The translations under genes were made by a program, and so were the position numbers. Shown here in pieces: positions 27,150-40,523 of a DNA stretch of 64,000 bases; positions within the stretch are counted from its first letter, which is position 1, and every line of letters begins with the position of its first letter. Location: NCBI GenBank assembly GCA_964016885.1, contig OZ024743.1, forward strand, positions 143,902,001 through 143,966,000. The letters are read 5' to 3'. This DNA is from Eledone cirrhosa (lineage: Eukaryota). The notes under the pieces were generated by a model that saw nothing but the letters and a program-made list of their open reading frames with translations, searched no databases and was not told the origin of the DNA.

Positions 27150-27955
27150 ACAAAATCACCATTACCAGGTAACTCATCTCGGACCTGCTACACTCATTGT
27201 GGGCACACAAAGCGAGATCAGGAGAAATTGTGGAGTTGTTTGAGAAGCAATGTGTGGATGTGTTCAGGATGTGAGATGGAGAGGTGCCTCTGCAAGACTT
27301 CTTACTGGCAAGCAATGTAGATACAAACTATTCCAGGTAGGTAATGATGATAGGGTAGTTGGAATAGGCATTCTACTAGCTGAGAAGTGAATAGATAAGG
27401 TAATTGAAGTAGTTAGAGTAAGTGGCAGTATTATCAAACTCAGAATAATCATAGGCAATAGAAAAACTACAATTATTTCTCGCTATGCACTACAAGGAGG
27501 ACTAAGTAATGAACAAAAATACTGCTTTTATGAGCAACCTTTACAGACAACCTCAGTTACTGACGACTGGAACCTCATCATCTTAACAGTGGACATTTTG
27601 GACAGCACAAGGATGGCTACATCAGTGTATATAGTGGCTATAACTATGGCTCAAGAAATGAAGAGGGAATGAGGCTGCTGGAATTCTGCAATGCAAATGA
27701 TTTAACCATTTGCAACACTAACTACATGAAACCAGCCAGCCAACTGGCCAGATCCTCTTCATAATGGTGTCATCCAGTCCCACACAATAAATGTGATTGG
27801 TATTAGGAAGAGCATCCAGCTGTAAAACCCCATTTAAAATACAGTTCCATCTGAGCAAGGTATGATGCAGCCAGCTGGCCAGATTTGTCTCATGGCGAGG
27901 GCGACCCATCTAACCCATGCATGGACAAATAGACATTAAACGATGATGATGATGA
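27150..27955 (+). mobile_element. RTE 5' endonuclease fragment joined to the RTE/SINE 3' module
   Basis: Homology to 52800-53400 (RWRGASAR, RLLEFC); ends in (GAT)n. Confidence 0.75.
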
Positions 27956-28019
27956 TATATATCATATACATATCATATATACATATCATATATATATACA
28001 CTAATAATGATAAAAATGA

Positions 28020-28230
28020 TGAGAGTTAGATCTTCATTATGTTTATTGAGGTGAGACATGCGTTTCGCGATTGATCAGCTCAAAGCTTCTGTTATGATAA
28101 TTTTGCAATTACCATAACAGAAGTCTGATGAGCTTTTAATTCCAGAGTCAGGCCAGATTGAGCCTTGACTTGATCAATCGCAAAATGCGCGTCACACCTC
28201 AATAAACATAATGAAGATCTAACACTTGTC
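28020..28230. repeat. Fold-back element with hammerhead remnant
   Basis: Palindromic about ~28105; CTGATGA at 28125 and (G)AAA-YGCGCG-TC. Confidence 0.75.
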
Positions 28231-28604
28231 CTATTTATTAATATTTCACTCTGCTTAATACAACACCAATATACCTACTGGAAACTATGCATTGAGTGCT
28301 CACTCTGGTGAACCTACAGTATCTGGACGTTACAGTCCCTAAATATATATATATATAATATAGACATTTAGTTCATGATTGGCTTGGTTTCTATAAATGT
28401 AATTTTTATGAGTTTGGAATCCACTAAATGCTTTGTTTATTATTGGCTTTATTTTCCAAGTGCATTGCTTTCACATAAGGCATTTGATGATTGCTTGCAT
28501 TTGTTCTATATATGTATATAGTGTATATATCTGTAGTGTAAGTGTATGTATATTTAGGGTAGTTATCGAACCAATAATGGTCTTGTTTACGTATATATAT
28601 ATAT

Positions 28605-28937
28605 CATCATCATTTCATTTTTACGTCCGCTTTTCCCTGCTTGCAAGGGTGGGACGGTAACTGATTCTGGCTTGATTTCTACAGCTGGATGCCCTTCCTA
28701 ACACCAACCTCATTTACAGTGAGTACTGGGTGCTTTTTTGCCGTGGCACCTGCACGACCACTTTGCAGTGGAATGATATGGACCCCAGTCCCTATCATCT
28801 CATTTCTACAGCTGAGTAAACTAGAGCAATGTGAAATAAAGTATCTTGCTCAAGGAAACAACACATCACCCGGTCTGAGAATTGAACTCACAACCTTTCG
28901 ATTGCAAGGCCAATGCTCTAACCACTAAGCCATGTGG
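28605..28937 (-). mobile_element. Same RTE-tailed SINE family
   Basis: Reverse complement of 42331-42678. Confidence 0.85.
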
Positions 28938-28964
28938 TTATATATATTATATCTCTATATATAT

Positions 28965-29690
28965 AACATTAAAGCCCACATCTCAGTCAAATATAAAAGC
29001 TCTCCACTTTATGGATGCTCATGCAGAAGGCCAGAGACATGCCCACTTGATCAACAGTGCAACACTCCAGCAGTGATATATTTAGCAGAAGTGACCTCCA
29101 CCAACCAGAATCACCAAACTGAAGCCTGGACATATGTTGGAATGTCCGAGAGCTTGTTCAAAAGCTGGTACCTGAACCATGAAACAACCTTCAAATATAC
29201 TGACAAACCATACGTGTGTGGAACTTAAAAATAACGGCACACCTTTTTTTCATTAAATGGAGTATATTAGAAAGATCTACCCCCTATGTTAATTGGATGA
29301 AATTTTGCTGGCTATGTAACTTGGAAAAGAGGAATATACTCTCACAACAGTCATCAGAGAAACACTGCTTAAATACTCGCCTTGACTGCTTTAGATGCTG
29401 TCCACACAAAGCGAGATTTCATTCTGAGAAAATGGTATAGACCAGTCTAATTAATTTTAATTTCAAGTAACTTCATGTCTTTGAATTACTAACTTTGTAC
29501 AGGTTCCCTACCTTTGTGGTTTTTTCATAGTTACTTCCCTTTACATTATCCAAAGTTTTGTTTATTCATAACTAAATTTGAAATTACTTACCCTTGAAGA
29601 ATTCTCATGTATTTTCTAAATCAACCATTTTCTTTTTATATAACAGGTTGAATTAGTTGGGGAGTATGAAATTTTGTTACTTGTATATGT
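28965..29690 (+). mobile_element. Penelope-like (Naiad-type) GIY-YIG fragment
   Basis: CSCRRPETCPLDQQC..VIYLAEV...YVGMSE.FK.W..NH; WNLK..IKWSIL..CWLCNLEK..LNTR..CPH. Confidence 0.85.
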
Positions 29691-29712
29691 CACTGTTGTA
29701 ACTAATTATATA

Positions 29713-29805
29713 TACAGGGTGTCCCAAAAATGTATACACACTTTGATTTCTTGTACAGGCAATATTTATTAGAATGGTGCCTACATTTTTTGGGGACCCC
29801 TTGTA
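29713..29805. mobile_element. Tc1/mariner-type MITE
   Basis: TA-CAGGGTGTCCCAAAAA ... TTTTTGGGGACCCCTTG-TA imperfect TIRs. Confidence 0.7.
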
Positions 29806-29977
29806 TATATATATATAATACAGTATATAGAGAAGAAAAGACAAAAAGGTATGTTTTCAATAACGAGGGGTAGAGAACCACTAGAGTGAAAAACATAAAG
29901 TCTACGACAGGATAGGAAAATACATATTAATTAAAAGAGTAAATCAAAATCTACAGGCCAACCTTTATAACTATAAA

Positions 29978-30059
29978 ACACCTGGACAAACTCTAATAAG
30001 AGAATGTTTCGCCATAAAAAGTGTCGATTCCATGCCTCTTATGGCTTCTCAACAGGTGT
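29978..30059 (-). ncRNA. Type I hammerhead ribozyme motif, U3-A8 core
   Basis: The - strand reads ACACCTG-TTGAGAA-GCCATAA...TTATGGC-GAAA-CA..CTC(loop)GAG..TG-TC-CAGGTGT. Confidence 0.7.
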
Positions 30060-30185
30060 AAAGACAGAATGGTCAACACTTCTAAAAATACTTCCGACAA
30101 CTGAAATATCGCACATGGTGAAGAGACGATGCATGGTCTTTTGATCCATTCAAGCCACTACGTACTGTATAGCGCACATGTTTTC

Positions 30186-30296
30186 GGTGGTGGTGGTGGT
30201 AGTAGTGGTGGCAGTGGTGGTGGTTGTAGTGGAGGTAGTAGTGGTGGTGGTAGTAGTGGTGGTAGTAGTAGTAGTAATAGTAGTGCTGGTAGTAGC

Positions 30297-30327
<31 letters not shown>

Positions 30328-30594
30328 ATATGCTAATACTACTATTATTACTAGTATAATAGTAGTGTAGTAATAGTAGTAGTAGTAACAGTAGTAGAGG
30401 TGGGGGTGGTAGTAGTGGTAGTATACTATTACTACCACCACAACCACCACTACTACTGGTACTACTACTAATGCTACTACCACCACCACTACTACTACCA
30501 CTACCAGCACTGTCACTTCCACCACTCCTACTACGACTACCACCACTACTACCAACACCACTACTACCACCACCACCACCACCACCACTACTAG

Positions 30595-30641
<47 letters not shown>

Positions 30642-30707
30642 ACACTACCACTACTACTACTACTACCACTACCACTACTACCCCAATCACTACCACCACT
30701 ACCACTT
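30186..30707. repeat. (TAG/TGG)n followed by (CTA/CCA)n compound microsatellite
   Basis: Strand switch near 30423. Confidence 0.9.
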
Positions 30708-30898
30708 GTGCCATTTTTACCTAAATTCAATATATATATATATGCAAAAGTAATGAATTAAAACATCAAATATGTTTAGAATTTTGTGTTTCTCAATAGA
30801 CTTTATCTAGAGCCATAATAAATCAAATGAAAAAGATATATGTTTATATATATAGAAAAGCCATATATCGTATAAGAAACACAGTATGTTTTATATAT

Positions 30899-31346
30899 AC
30901 CAAACACATATTCTATAGAAGAATATGTACACAGGTGGAATCATAACTGAAACCTTATAGCGCTATATCATAAACCATAGAGTGTAACTTAAAATCAATC
31001 TATGTAATCGATTATCGAAGAAATCAATCAATATAATCGATCATCGAAGACAAACTATCGATTATTTTTAAACCACAGGAGACTCAGAATATTCATCGGT
31101 GACTAGTCTCACCATTCTAAGAGAAATATAGAATCAAAATGGCACATAAGACAATATACTTGCCAATATCACAGCCATAACTAACGTGACCATCATGCTG
31201 AGAAGCACTTGGTGAAATCACGTTAAACCCAAGGCAAATAGATATCAACAAGGTGGACGTTAACTCCACTAGAAATAGGAGCGCTATAAGGTTTCACTTA
31301 TGATTCCACCTGTGTACATATTCTTCTATAGAATATGTGTTTGGTG
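30899..31346. repeat. Element with ~67-bp terminal inverted repeats in TA-rich context
   Basis: 30899-30966 is the reverse complement of 31280-31346. Confidence 0.8.
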
Positions 31347-32286
31347 TGTATATATATATATTATATATATTTACTATATATATATAATTGTAAATTGAAA
31401 ATATGATAAACTCCTTTAATTAATTTTTGGACCCAAATGTGCCCTCAACAGAAGGCATGTATATCATCCAAACAACCACAAGGAAACATATATTTGATGG
31501 GCTTATATAAACGTATATAGGTTATCATTTCGTATGCTTTGCTGGAAGTCTAAATTTAGATTTTTTAAAATTGATATTGTGCATGTGTCCACACCAATGT
31601 GTACTTTCACTGTATGTTTATGTTCTTTAACCCTATAGCATTTAAACCGGCCATATCCATCCAGAATTCTCTCACTTTTTTCTGTTCAAACTGGCTGTAA
31701 TCGGCAGCTCATACTGGTGTTAAGATATTGTTGTCAAAATAAATAATATCAAAATCTCATAGATCCAGTAGTATGTGAGATAAAGCCTTTACTGTGAAAA
31801 TACAACAGTAAATAGGGATTAATAAATTGAATGGCTAAGTTTAGTGAAAGAAAATAAAAGAATAGAAGAAAAATGTGAAGAACTTTTGCTATAGGAGTTA
31901 TCTATGGCAAATTGGAAGCGTTGTTTGGATATTGGATTAAATGTATTTGTTTCAGCTCTCTGTGCTCTGAGTTCAAATCCCATGAATGTCAACTTTGTCT
32001 TTCATACTTTTGGCACCAGTAAAGTACTTGCCCAGGGTGAAATTCTTTCAGAGTCAAACAGGATGCTTTGCAGTATCTGATCCAGCCCTGTACATTCAGA
32101 GTTCAAATCCTGTCTCCTTCTGCAGGGAGTTGTAACCAGCAGATATTATCAGGAATGGAAAGACCAATGGAAATACTGTTTCCTTGATCTGATCTAACAA
32201 TTAACTCCTTTCCTTTTTTTTTTAGTTGCTGTACACCTTTGACATGGCCATGAAGTAATGAACTGTTTGTTATGTTTTTGTTGTAG

Positions 32287-32467
32287 AGGATATTATTAAA
32301 CTGAATCTTGATACTGAAGTGAAGTTCACATGTGATAATGCACCTGATGAAGAAGAAGAAAAGATGGCGGAACCAGAACCCGACTACTCAGATTCTAATG
32401 AGGAATCTCAAGTGCATGAAGAAGTGATTGCCCCTATGTTCACAAAACACAACAGCAGCAGTGCACG
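32287..32467 (+). CDS. PLEKHG5: PLEKHG5-like exon, acidic linker (EDIIKLNLDTEVKFTCDNAPDEEEEKMAEPEPDYSDSNEESQVHEEVIAPMFTKHNSSSAR)
   Basis: ttgtag acceptor, CG|gtaaca donor, 181 nt open. Phase 1 in and phase 2 out match the neighbouring exons. Confidence 0.8.
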
Positions 32468-32662
32468 GTAACAATTCTATATTTTCACTGTAATAGCCTC
32501 CAATGAGGCCCACTCATCCATCTTGCCTCTAGTCTGGTCTGAGTATGAACGACTAAATTCATGCTAATAACTATTTTCTTGACACTGGGGTGATCTTGGT
32601 CTCAGAATGGAAAAATCCCAAACTAAATGTAAGATATTTAACCCCTTTGTTACCATATTTGA

Positions 32663-35600
32663 TAATAATAATGAAATTATTGTGTAAAGTGCTCAGGTGC
32701 ACTACAACTCGTCAAATGTGCATGTATAGTACATAAAATAATATACAAATGTCAGGGAAGTGAATAGTGTATGAGTTATGATATACATGTGTGTATGTGC
32801 ATGGAGGGGGAATATTAGGTGTAGTGTTGGCGAATCTCAGGAAGCATGGAGGTTTTAAAGGATGCAGTGTTTCGACAGCTAATAACTGATGCAGGTAGTT
32901 TGTTCCATGCTTCAGCAACTCTGGGCGTGAAAAAATGTTTCCGAAAGTCATGGGAAGTGTGCTGTTTTCTAACTTTGTGGGCATGTCCACATGTGTTAGA
33001 TACATAGAAATCAAAAAGGTACTCAGGGTTGTTGTTGGCAAGATGGTTAATAATTTTGTGGGTGTTTACCAAGTCAGTTGCCAGACGTCGGAGCTTCAAT
33101 GTATCCATGCCCAGGGAAGCAAGGCGTTCAGTGTATGGTAGATGCCTGATGGAGGGTATTCGCTTGGTTGCACGTCTCTGAACAGTTTCCAGGCAGTCAA
33201 TGTTCTGAGCAAGATAGGGGTTCCAGACTGGTGATGCAAATTCTAAGTGTGGCCGCACCATAGCTATGTACAGCTTTAAATAGATAGCTGGAGAGCGGCT
33301 GACAAAGGTCTTGCTGAGTGATGCTAAGACACCCTTGGCCTTCTTGACAATTTTTGAGGGGTGCTTCGTCCAACGCAAATCACTGCTGACCGTAATGCCC
33401 AGGTCATATTCACAAGAAAACTTCTTGATATTAGTGTTGTGGAGGGAGTATGTGGACGCCGGGTTTTTTCTCCCAAAATGCATGGTGGTGCACTTGTCCA
33501 CAGTTAGCTTGAGTTGCCAGTCTATGATCCATTGTTGCATTGTGTCCAAGTCAGATTGCAAGCAAGATCTATAGTGTTCAGGATCTGTCCTTTTTATCTC
33601 AAGGTACAGCTTGATGTCATCTGCATATTTCAGTACTGTGGCATTCTTTAAATTGGCATCTACGTCATTAATATATGCCACAAACAAAAGGGGACCAAGA
33701 ACAGATCCCTGTGGTACACCAGATGACATCTCATAGGGTGAGGAATGCTGTCCTAGAACCGTGATTACCTCTCTTCGACTGAGAATGAAGGACTTCAACC
33801 AGTTAAAAAGATCATCCTTCACACCCATTGCAGAGAGTTTTGCCATAAACCTTTTGAGAGTCACAGAATTGAAAGCTTTAGCAAAGTCAAGGTAAACAAC
33901 ATCCACCCATGAGCCACCATCAGTGATCCGGGTGATGTCTTCAAGAAACTCGATAAGTTGATCACAGCAGCAGTTAGGGATAAATCCAAATTGCGAGGGC
34001 CGGATAAGACTGAGATTTCCAGAAGTTCCAAAGTGTTTCTCTGACACAGGATTCCATCAGTTTGGCAATGCAGCTAGTAAGACTGACTGGACGACGTTCA
34101 CAGGTGATGTGCGGTCACCCTTTTTGAACAGAGGAATGACACTGGCAGTTTTCCACTGTTCTGGAGTAGCACCGTTGTTCAGACAGAATTGGAAGAAGCA
34201 TGATAGCTGGTGCAGAAGGAAGTACCCACCACGTTTGAGAAGCAGGTACGTAACACCATCAAGACCAGGAGAGGCATGGTTGCGTTTAATTTTAAGGTAA
34301 CGTCGCAGCATTGCAGGTGTAAATTCCATGGTTGTAATAGAATCCGGTGTCATAGGTGGTGGAGATGATACACTCTGGTCTTCAATAGTGAAAATGTCTG
34401 CATAGCATTCAACAATGAGCTCTGCGCATTACTTGGGGTCGTCAGTAACCTGGCTTGTGTGGGGATTGCGAAGAGGACCAACTGGAGAGTGAGGCCTCTG
34501 CTTTGAGTGAACCTACTTCCAGAACACCTTACGGTCAGGGCTGGTTACTATGCACTGCTCAAATTGAAGCACTGCTTTTTTGTCACCTGCTTGAGATGGT
34601 TGGATGATTTATTTCGCCTCTTCCTATTGATATCTGATTTATGCAGTTTGTACTCATACTGGCAAGACGGACTGCTGCAGTCTCCCAAATTGCACTTTTG
34701 GGATGTTTTATCTGCTTACGTGGCACATGTTTTGGGATGTTTTTTCTGCTTACTGCACATGCTGTCCATATTGAGCTCAGGATGTTCTGGAGTACAGTGT
34801 TGACATCTCCAGAGTCGTAGAACTCAAGCCAATTTGGACGTTGCAATTCGGTGCAGTAACAGTTTCAGTCTGCTTTATTCCAGTCAAAGTGAGCAGTTTG
34901 GAGATGGTTGTGGTTTTTGTTACTGCCCATGAAGGATAGATTGGCAATGATCATAGCATAATCAGAGTCACCTAAAGGTTCCTCAGCAGTAACACTAATA
35001 ACCATTTCAGGAGTAGTGGTGAAGACTAGGTCCAAAGTGTTGTTACCTCTTGTTGGGGAGGTGACTACTTGGGACCAATTCGAGTCCAGCACTTGCTCAA
35101 GGAAGTCATTTGCACTTGGCGGCCAACGAAAGGTTTCCCAGTCAATCTCAGGGTGATTGAAGTCCCCTGCAATAAAAACATAAGTGGCTGTTTTCCTGGC
35201 AGCAACTCTGAGGATATCACAAAGTTGAGTGTCCTGATGGTAATTTGGGGGAAGGTAAACGACTCCAAGTAGCAGTGTTGACATGGTCATACGTATATCG
35301 CAGAAAAATACTTCCTGCTGCGATTGGTTCAAATCAACACAAGGAATTGCCGACAAATTTGACCGAACGTAGACCATTACACCACCACCACCACGATTAA
35401 TGCGGTCTTTATGAAACAAGTTGTAGCCAGTTATGCTGAAAACCCCATAACAGAGTAAGGAATGTGCCCAAGTTTCCGTGACTCTAATGAAGTCAGTGTT
35501 GATACTTTTGACGTAGGAGTCAAAAAGATGAATCTTATTGCATAGACTACGTGCATTCAAGGACAACAATTTGTACCTTGATTCCAGTCTATGATTATGT

Positions 35601-36815
35601 GCAGGGGATGGCAGGTTGTTCTGATTTAGTTTCCCAGAGTTTTTTCAGTTTTTTTTATTGTCAGTTGTTGTGGGTACAGTGTTTTCAGACCAGCTGGTAT
35701 CTCTTTTCCATGTTTCACCAGCCTTAACAAACTTCCATATCTGCCCATCATCACGTAGGCTGAAGCTTTTCATGTTCTGCTGAGCTGCGGTTTAAGGAAG
35801 CTACAGCACACAGCTTTGGGCGGACATCAGGTGGAAGACCAGGGCGTGTTCGGAAAGCAATCCGACTTTCGCACCTAGCTTTATCAGAGGCTACAAGGTA
35901 TGAACGTGCCTCAGTTGAGTTCGAAAAAGACAGTTTAATTAGCCTGGGTTTCAGACATGGTCGGCCAAGGCGTAGAGCACCCTTCGCAGGAGCACAGCCC
36001 AAGTCTTTGGATGAACTGGCAGCAAATGCCGGAAGATCAACTATGTCTTCTGGTACACCAATGGCAATCACTTCATGGTTTGCAGATTCAGTGGCATTCT
36101 CAATGCGTCTAGGTTCGACAAGAGGTACACAGAGATTTTTTAACAAGGGACTCCGGTGAGATCCCTCATTGTGAGGTTCTACATGAACACTTGATTTTAT
36201 TCCCGCTATTTCTTGGCTTAAAGCGGAAATCATTTGCCTTATTTCCTCAAACTCCGTATTGACGGTCGATTTTTGTTGTTGTTCTTCTCCTTCAACAGCC
36301 ATGGTAGGGGAAGACGCAGTCGTCGGTTGTTGTTGTTGTTGAAAAGTAATGGGGGAGGAAGACATGGGTTGCTGTTGTTGATGAAGTCCTTCAACGGGGG
36401 TAGTAGCAGAAGCTACGGTCGTTGGTTTTTTGGTTTTTGGTTTTTGCTGTTGTTCAGGAACAATGGTAGAGGAAGACACGATTTTCAGTTTTTGTTATTG
36501 TTGTTCAGCAGCAATAGTAGAGGCAGACATACAAGCCAGGCACTGAAAGGACCAATTTGTTAGCTGGGCCATTTCCCAGAGCCTATCCATCATAGAAGTA
36601 TGGTGTCTCTTTTTCTGACGCGGGATCTTTGGAAAGTTTGTGGCACATTGAAGGCAAACAGAAACACAACATTTGCCACATTCGACCCGTCGATTTCAGA
36701 AGGAGTTCTCTGATTCTGTACATAGATGACAGACGTGATTTTCTGAGCAATGTTCTATTTTGGAACATCGTCCAGTTTTATTGCACACTTCATCCATGGA
36801 TGTCACAATTTGTAA
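32663..36815 (-). mobile_element. Full-length decayed CR1-type LINE (ORF1 35751-36479, endonuclease 34865-35569, RT 32815-34353)
   Basis: SLNARSL, VTETW, GDFNHP, LDLV; DFAKAF, GVPQGSVLGPLLF, YADD; C-terminal FFTPRVAEAWNKLP; ORF2 is frameshifted. Confidence 0.92.
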
Positions 36816-37480
36816 TATAAGAAACTGCTTATGATTTTCAGTTCATTTTGAAAATAATCAAGAATTGAGAGGGATTTAGTAATATTGTATACTTTCTAAT
36901 TATTCATCCGGTGTTTCAAGTATAACTTAACAATGGTGCTTAAATGAAATTATGATGGAAGATAAATATGGATGAAAGGCCAGCTGTTTAATGCCTGTGT
37001 GTGATGTAATGCCACATAGTAGATATGCAAAGGCTGGCGAGAAATGAAGTGAACATGCTTTGCTGAATGTGTGATGACAATGTGCATGGATGAGTTAAGA
37101 GAAAAAATGCGTATAAGATGGAATCAGATGTAGTGTACAAGAGAAAAGACTTCATTGGTATGGTTGATGATTGTTGGATGAAGAAATACAAAGAGATCCC
37201 AGTGGAAGGAAGCTGCAGTAATGAAAGATGAAGCAAGACTTGAGAAGAAGTGGTGAGAGCTGAGCACAGAACACTGAGCCTCAAAAGATGATAATGAAGG
37301 AAACAACAAGCATGGAAAAACCAACATAACATGATGATAATGATAAACACTTTAAAACTGTTTTGTGTTGTAGAACCAGAGTTTGTTCCAGGTGATTTGG
37401 TATCTAAGATGTTAATCTATCTACCATTCCAACATTTTCTGTTATTTGCAATTAATATTTATATTTTTTCCATGTTTTAG

Positions 37481-37550
37481 AATGTCTAGTATTTCAAAAC
37501 GACTGAAACGCAAGGATGCTGTCAAAAGAAGATCAAGCATAGATATTCAA
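37481..37550 (+). CDS. PLEKHG5: PLEKHG5-like exon, basic segment (MSSISKRLKRKDAVKRRSSIDIQ)
   Basis: gttttag acceptor, CAA|gtaagc donor, phase 2 in and 0 out. Comparable to the basic KKKARRRHTDD segment of PLEKHG5. Confidence 0.8.
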
Positions 37551-40400
37551 GTAAGCATTTATGTTGCTTGTGTAGGAAGTGCAATTGTGCATGGTCATGA
37601 GACATGGACATTGAATGCAGAGAATGTGTGATGGTTAAAATGAGGATTGTATGCTCTACTGGTTTAAGGAAAAACTTGGTATAAGAAGAATCAGAGACAG
37701 TGAGCAAGATAGAGGATTGTGTTGGTATATATGATGTATATGGATGCTGCTTTTTAGGTGAAGAAGTGTCAGTAGTTCTAAGTGAAAGGAAAATGAAGAG
37801 GAGGAATACCAAGGAATTCCTGGCCAGAATTGGTGAAAGCTGATCTGGCATAGGAAATGACAAAGGAATGCAACAAGTTAAAGAAAGCGGTGCTAGAGAA
37901 GACTCATTCAATCCATGCTGGAGTGGAAATTGCACATTAAAATGATGATAATCATATCATCAGCATTGTTTTTACTCTCACTTTAGCATGTTGGCATGGT
38001 TTGACAGAACTTTTTAAGGTTGAGTTTTATGACAAGATGTTCTTCCTGATGCCAACCATTTTAGTTGTGTCATACGGATATAGTGTGCTAATTCAGATTA
38101 TAAAATATCTTATATTTTGATTATTTTCATGAAAATTTGTTTTATTTTATTATATTTTTCCTGCCACCTATTTTGAAACAAATCAGTGTTAATATATTTA
38201 ATGTAGTAAATATCATCATCGTCGTCATTTAATGACCGTTTTACCTGTTAGCTAGGGTTGGATGGGATGATACAGACTGAATCTGTATTCACATGGAGCT
38301 GCTAAACCAGATAAACCAGAAGCCTGCATCTTGCTTACATATGTTCCTGTGCTCTATTGAGTACTCAGAAAAGCTGGGGCCCACACCTCACGTACATCCC
38401 TGTGCTCTACAGAGAGCATTTTAGCTTAAGAAATCTAATTAGAAATCTAACCAAAAGTTTACTATCAGGGACCCTCCTGTCTTTTTTCTGCTATGCTATA
38501 GTGTATAAAAACTACATTATCTAATGTTTCCTTCCATTTTTAAGAGTAGGGTATGACTTATAGTTGCTATTTCTAGAAGATTGAGTGACCACGTATATGT
38601 TCTTTTATTAATTCATAGCCTTACTAGTGTTGTCCAAATAACTATAGAAACATGATCTTTTTGTACTAATTTAACTACAGGAACTAGTAAAAGAAAACTA
38701 AACAATTGATTTGACTGCTTTAATACATTCATTACTATATTTTAATGAAAACCATTGGCTATGATTTTCAAATATTTTCGAAATGTAACTTAACGAAAGT
38801 CCTTACATTAAATTATGATGGAAGGTTTTTAGGTAAATATATATTCCTTAAAGGAAACAGTCTTGTATCAGAACCAGGAGCAGTTTGAGATGGGTGTTGT
38901 ATCAAAATAGTTAAGAGCAATGGCATATTGAAGGCTCTCTCCTTGAGGGCAAAGACACTTCTGGTGCCCCTAGATTATTAAGCATGACAGGCTAGAGGAA
39001 ATTTTGCACTCCTTACAATGGAAGAGACTGTGTCTGAGAGTAACTATGCCTCACAACCTCTTGCCATGCCTCTCTTTAAAAGCCTATTTTGGATTTTATT
39101 TTAAAGTTTATTATTTCTTTAGTTTTTTCTTCCCCTGCAAGATTGTGAGGTTATCCACTATAAGGGAAGTTATTCTCATGTACATGTAGAACACAGCACC
39201 ACAAGTTGAGAATGTAACCTCATTAGTGCTAGTGCCATGATTAAATGCATCCAGTAGTTTGTAAAAGGGTTGATGAATGTATAGAGACAACATTGGATTG
39301 AAAGGGTCCCCTTAGTCCTGAAGCTGGCACCACAATCTAGAAATCTGTTAATTTTGTTGATATGAAACTGCCTGAAACTGCACTTCATTCTATGAAAGAT
39401 AACTTGTTCTAAAGTGCTTATATTTATCTTAAGTCTGTCTTTCACAAATCTAGGTAAGGACTTTTCAAGTTATGTCCTAAACACCAGCTTAATAAAGTTA
39501 GTTATATTACTAAATCCCTAAAAGTTCTGGATTATTTTCAAAATTATTTGAAAGCCATATGCAGTGCTTTTTATTAGAAATATGGTAATGAGATGGTTAA
39601 ATCAACCAAGTGTAATTTCAACATATTACAAAATTAATGACTATAGTATTACTGTAGCTCGCGACTATTACAAGATTAAGTATTCTAAGTTAGTATCAGA
39701 TGTAAAACTAACAGTAAATAAACATAAGTAACTTTCAAAACATTGTTTAGATTAACAGTTTGTAAATTGGATTATTAAAACATCTGAGTGAATTCAGCAT
39801 ACAAAACATAAAATTAGAAAATGTCTTGTTCTGATTAAAAATTAATCAATAATATTATATGATACTGAATAATTAAAAACTAAAATTAATGAAGAAGACA
39901 TACATAAAGAGCATACTTTAATATCAATATTTAACCACTAGTTTATATATCTTAATTTCAGTAATTAAAGAACCACAAGGTTTTGGGTTTGATCTCATTG
40001 CATGGTATCTTGAGCAAGTGTTTTTACTGTAGCCTCAGTTCAACCCAAGACTTGTGTTGAAATTGGATAGACAGAAATTGTGTGGAAGCCTGTTAGATGG
40101 CTTGAACTTGTGCTTCAAAGGTCTAGCCTTGTCACATATTGTGTAATGCTGATCTGGGTTGTGAATTGTGTTAAGGGTACATGTGTATGTGGAATACTCA
40201 AACACTTAAATGTTAATTCATTCATGAGTTTCACAATCCATTGATTGAACAACTGAATTCTCATTGGCAAAACCAACAGTGGATCCATCAAATAATTAAA
40301 ATCTTTGTTTCATCGAAAATTCATTGAGTAGTGTTCATCTTTGTTGTCAGTTGTTGTTGTTTATGTTTTACATTTTCTTTTTTTCGTTTTTTCATTTTAG

Positions 40401-40523
40401 AATCGAGTTCGCAGTAGAAGTTTGACATCTATAGATTTAGAAACCCAGTTTAACAGCGTACCTGTGCAGTTGGAACACGTGCTTTTTCCTTCAGAGAGAA
40501 TACAAAACATAAATATACCTCTA
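40401..40523 (+). CDS. PLEKHG5: Probable, possibly alternative, exon (NRVRSRSLTSIDLETQFNS...); donor position uncertain
   Basis: Strong polypyrimidine tract and ttttag acceptor, open in phase 0. In-phase GT donors follow 40457, 40478 and 40523. Confidence 0.5.

Noticed and set aside
30082-30761. Poly-V, poly-S/G and poly-P/L ORFs (similar His/Ile-rich ORFs at 2152-2583, 20133-20546, 53649-54336; poly-K/R at 41939-42134)
   Set aside because: Trinucleotide repeats lacking stop codons; no splice or homology support.
32226-32286. Upstream alternative acceptor (poly-T then AG at 32224-32225) for the 32287 exon
   Set aside because: Introduces an in-frame TGA in the required phase; at most a non-productive isoform.
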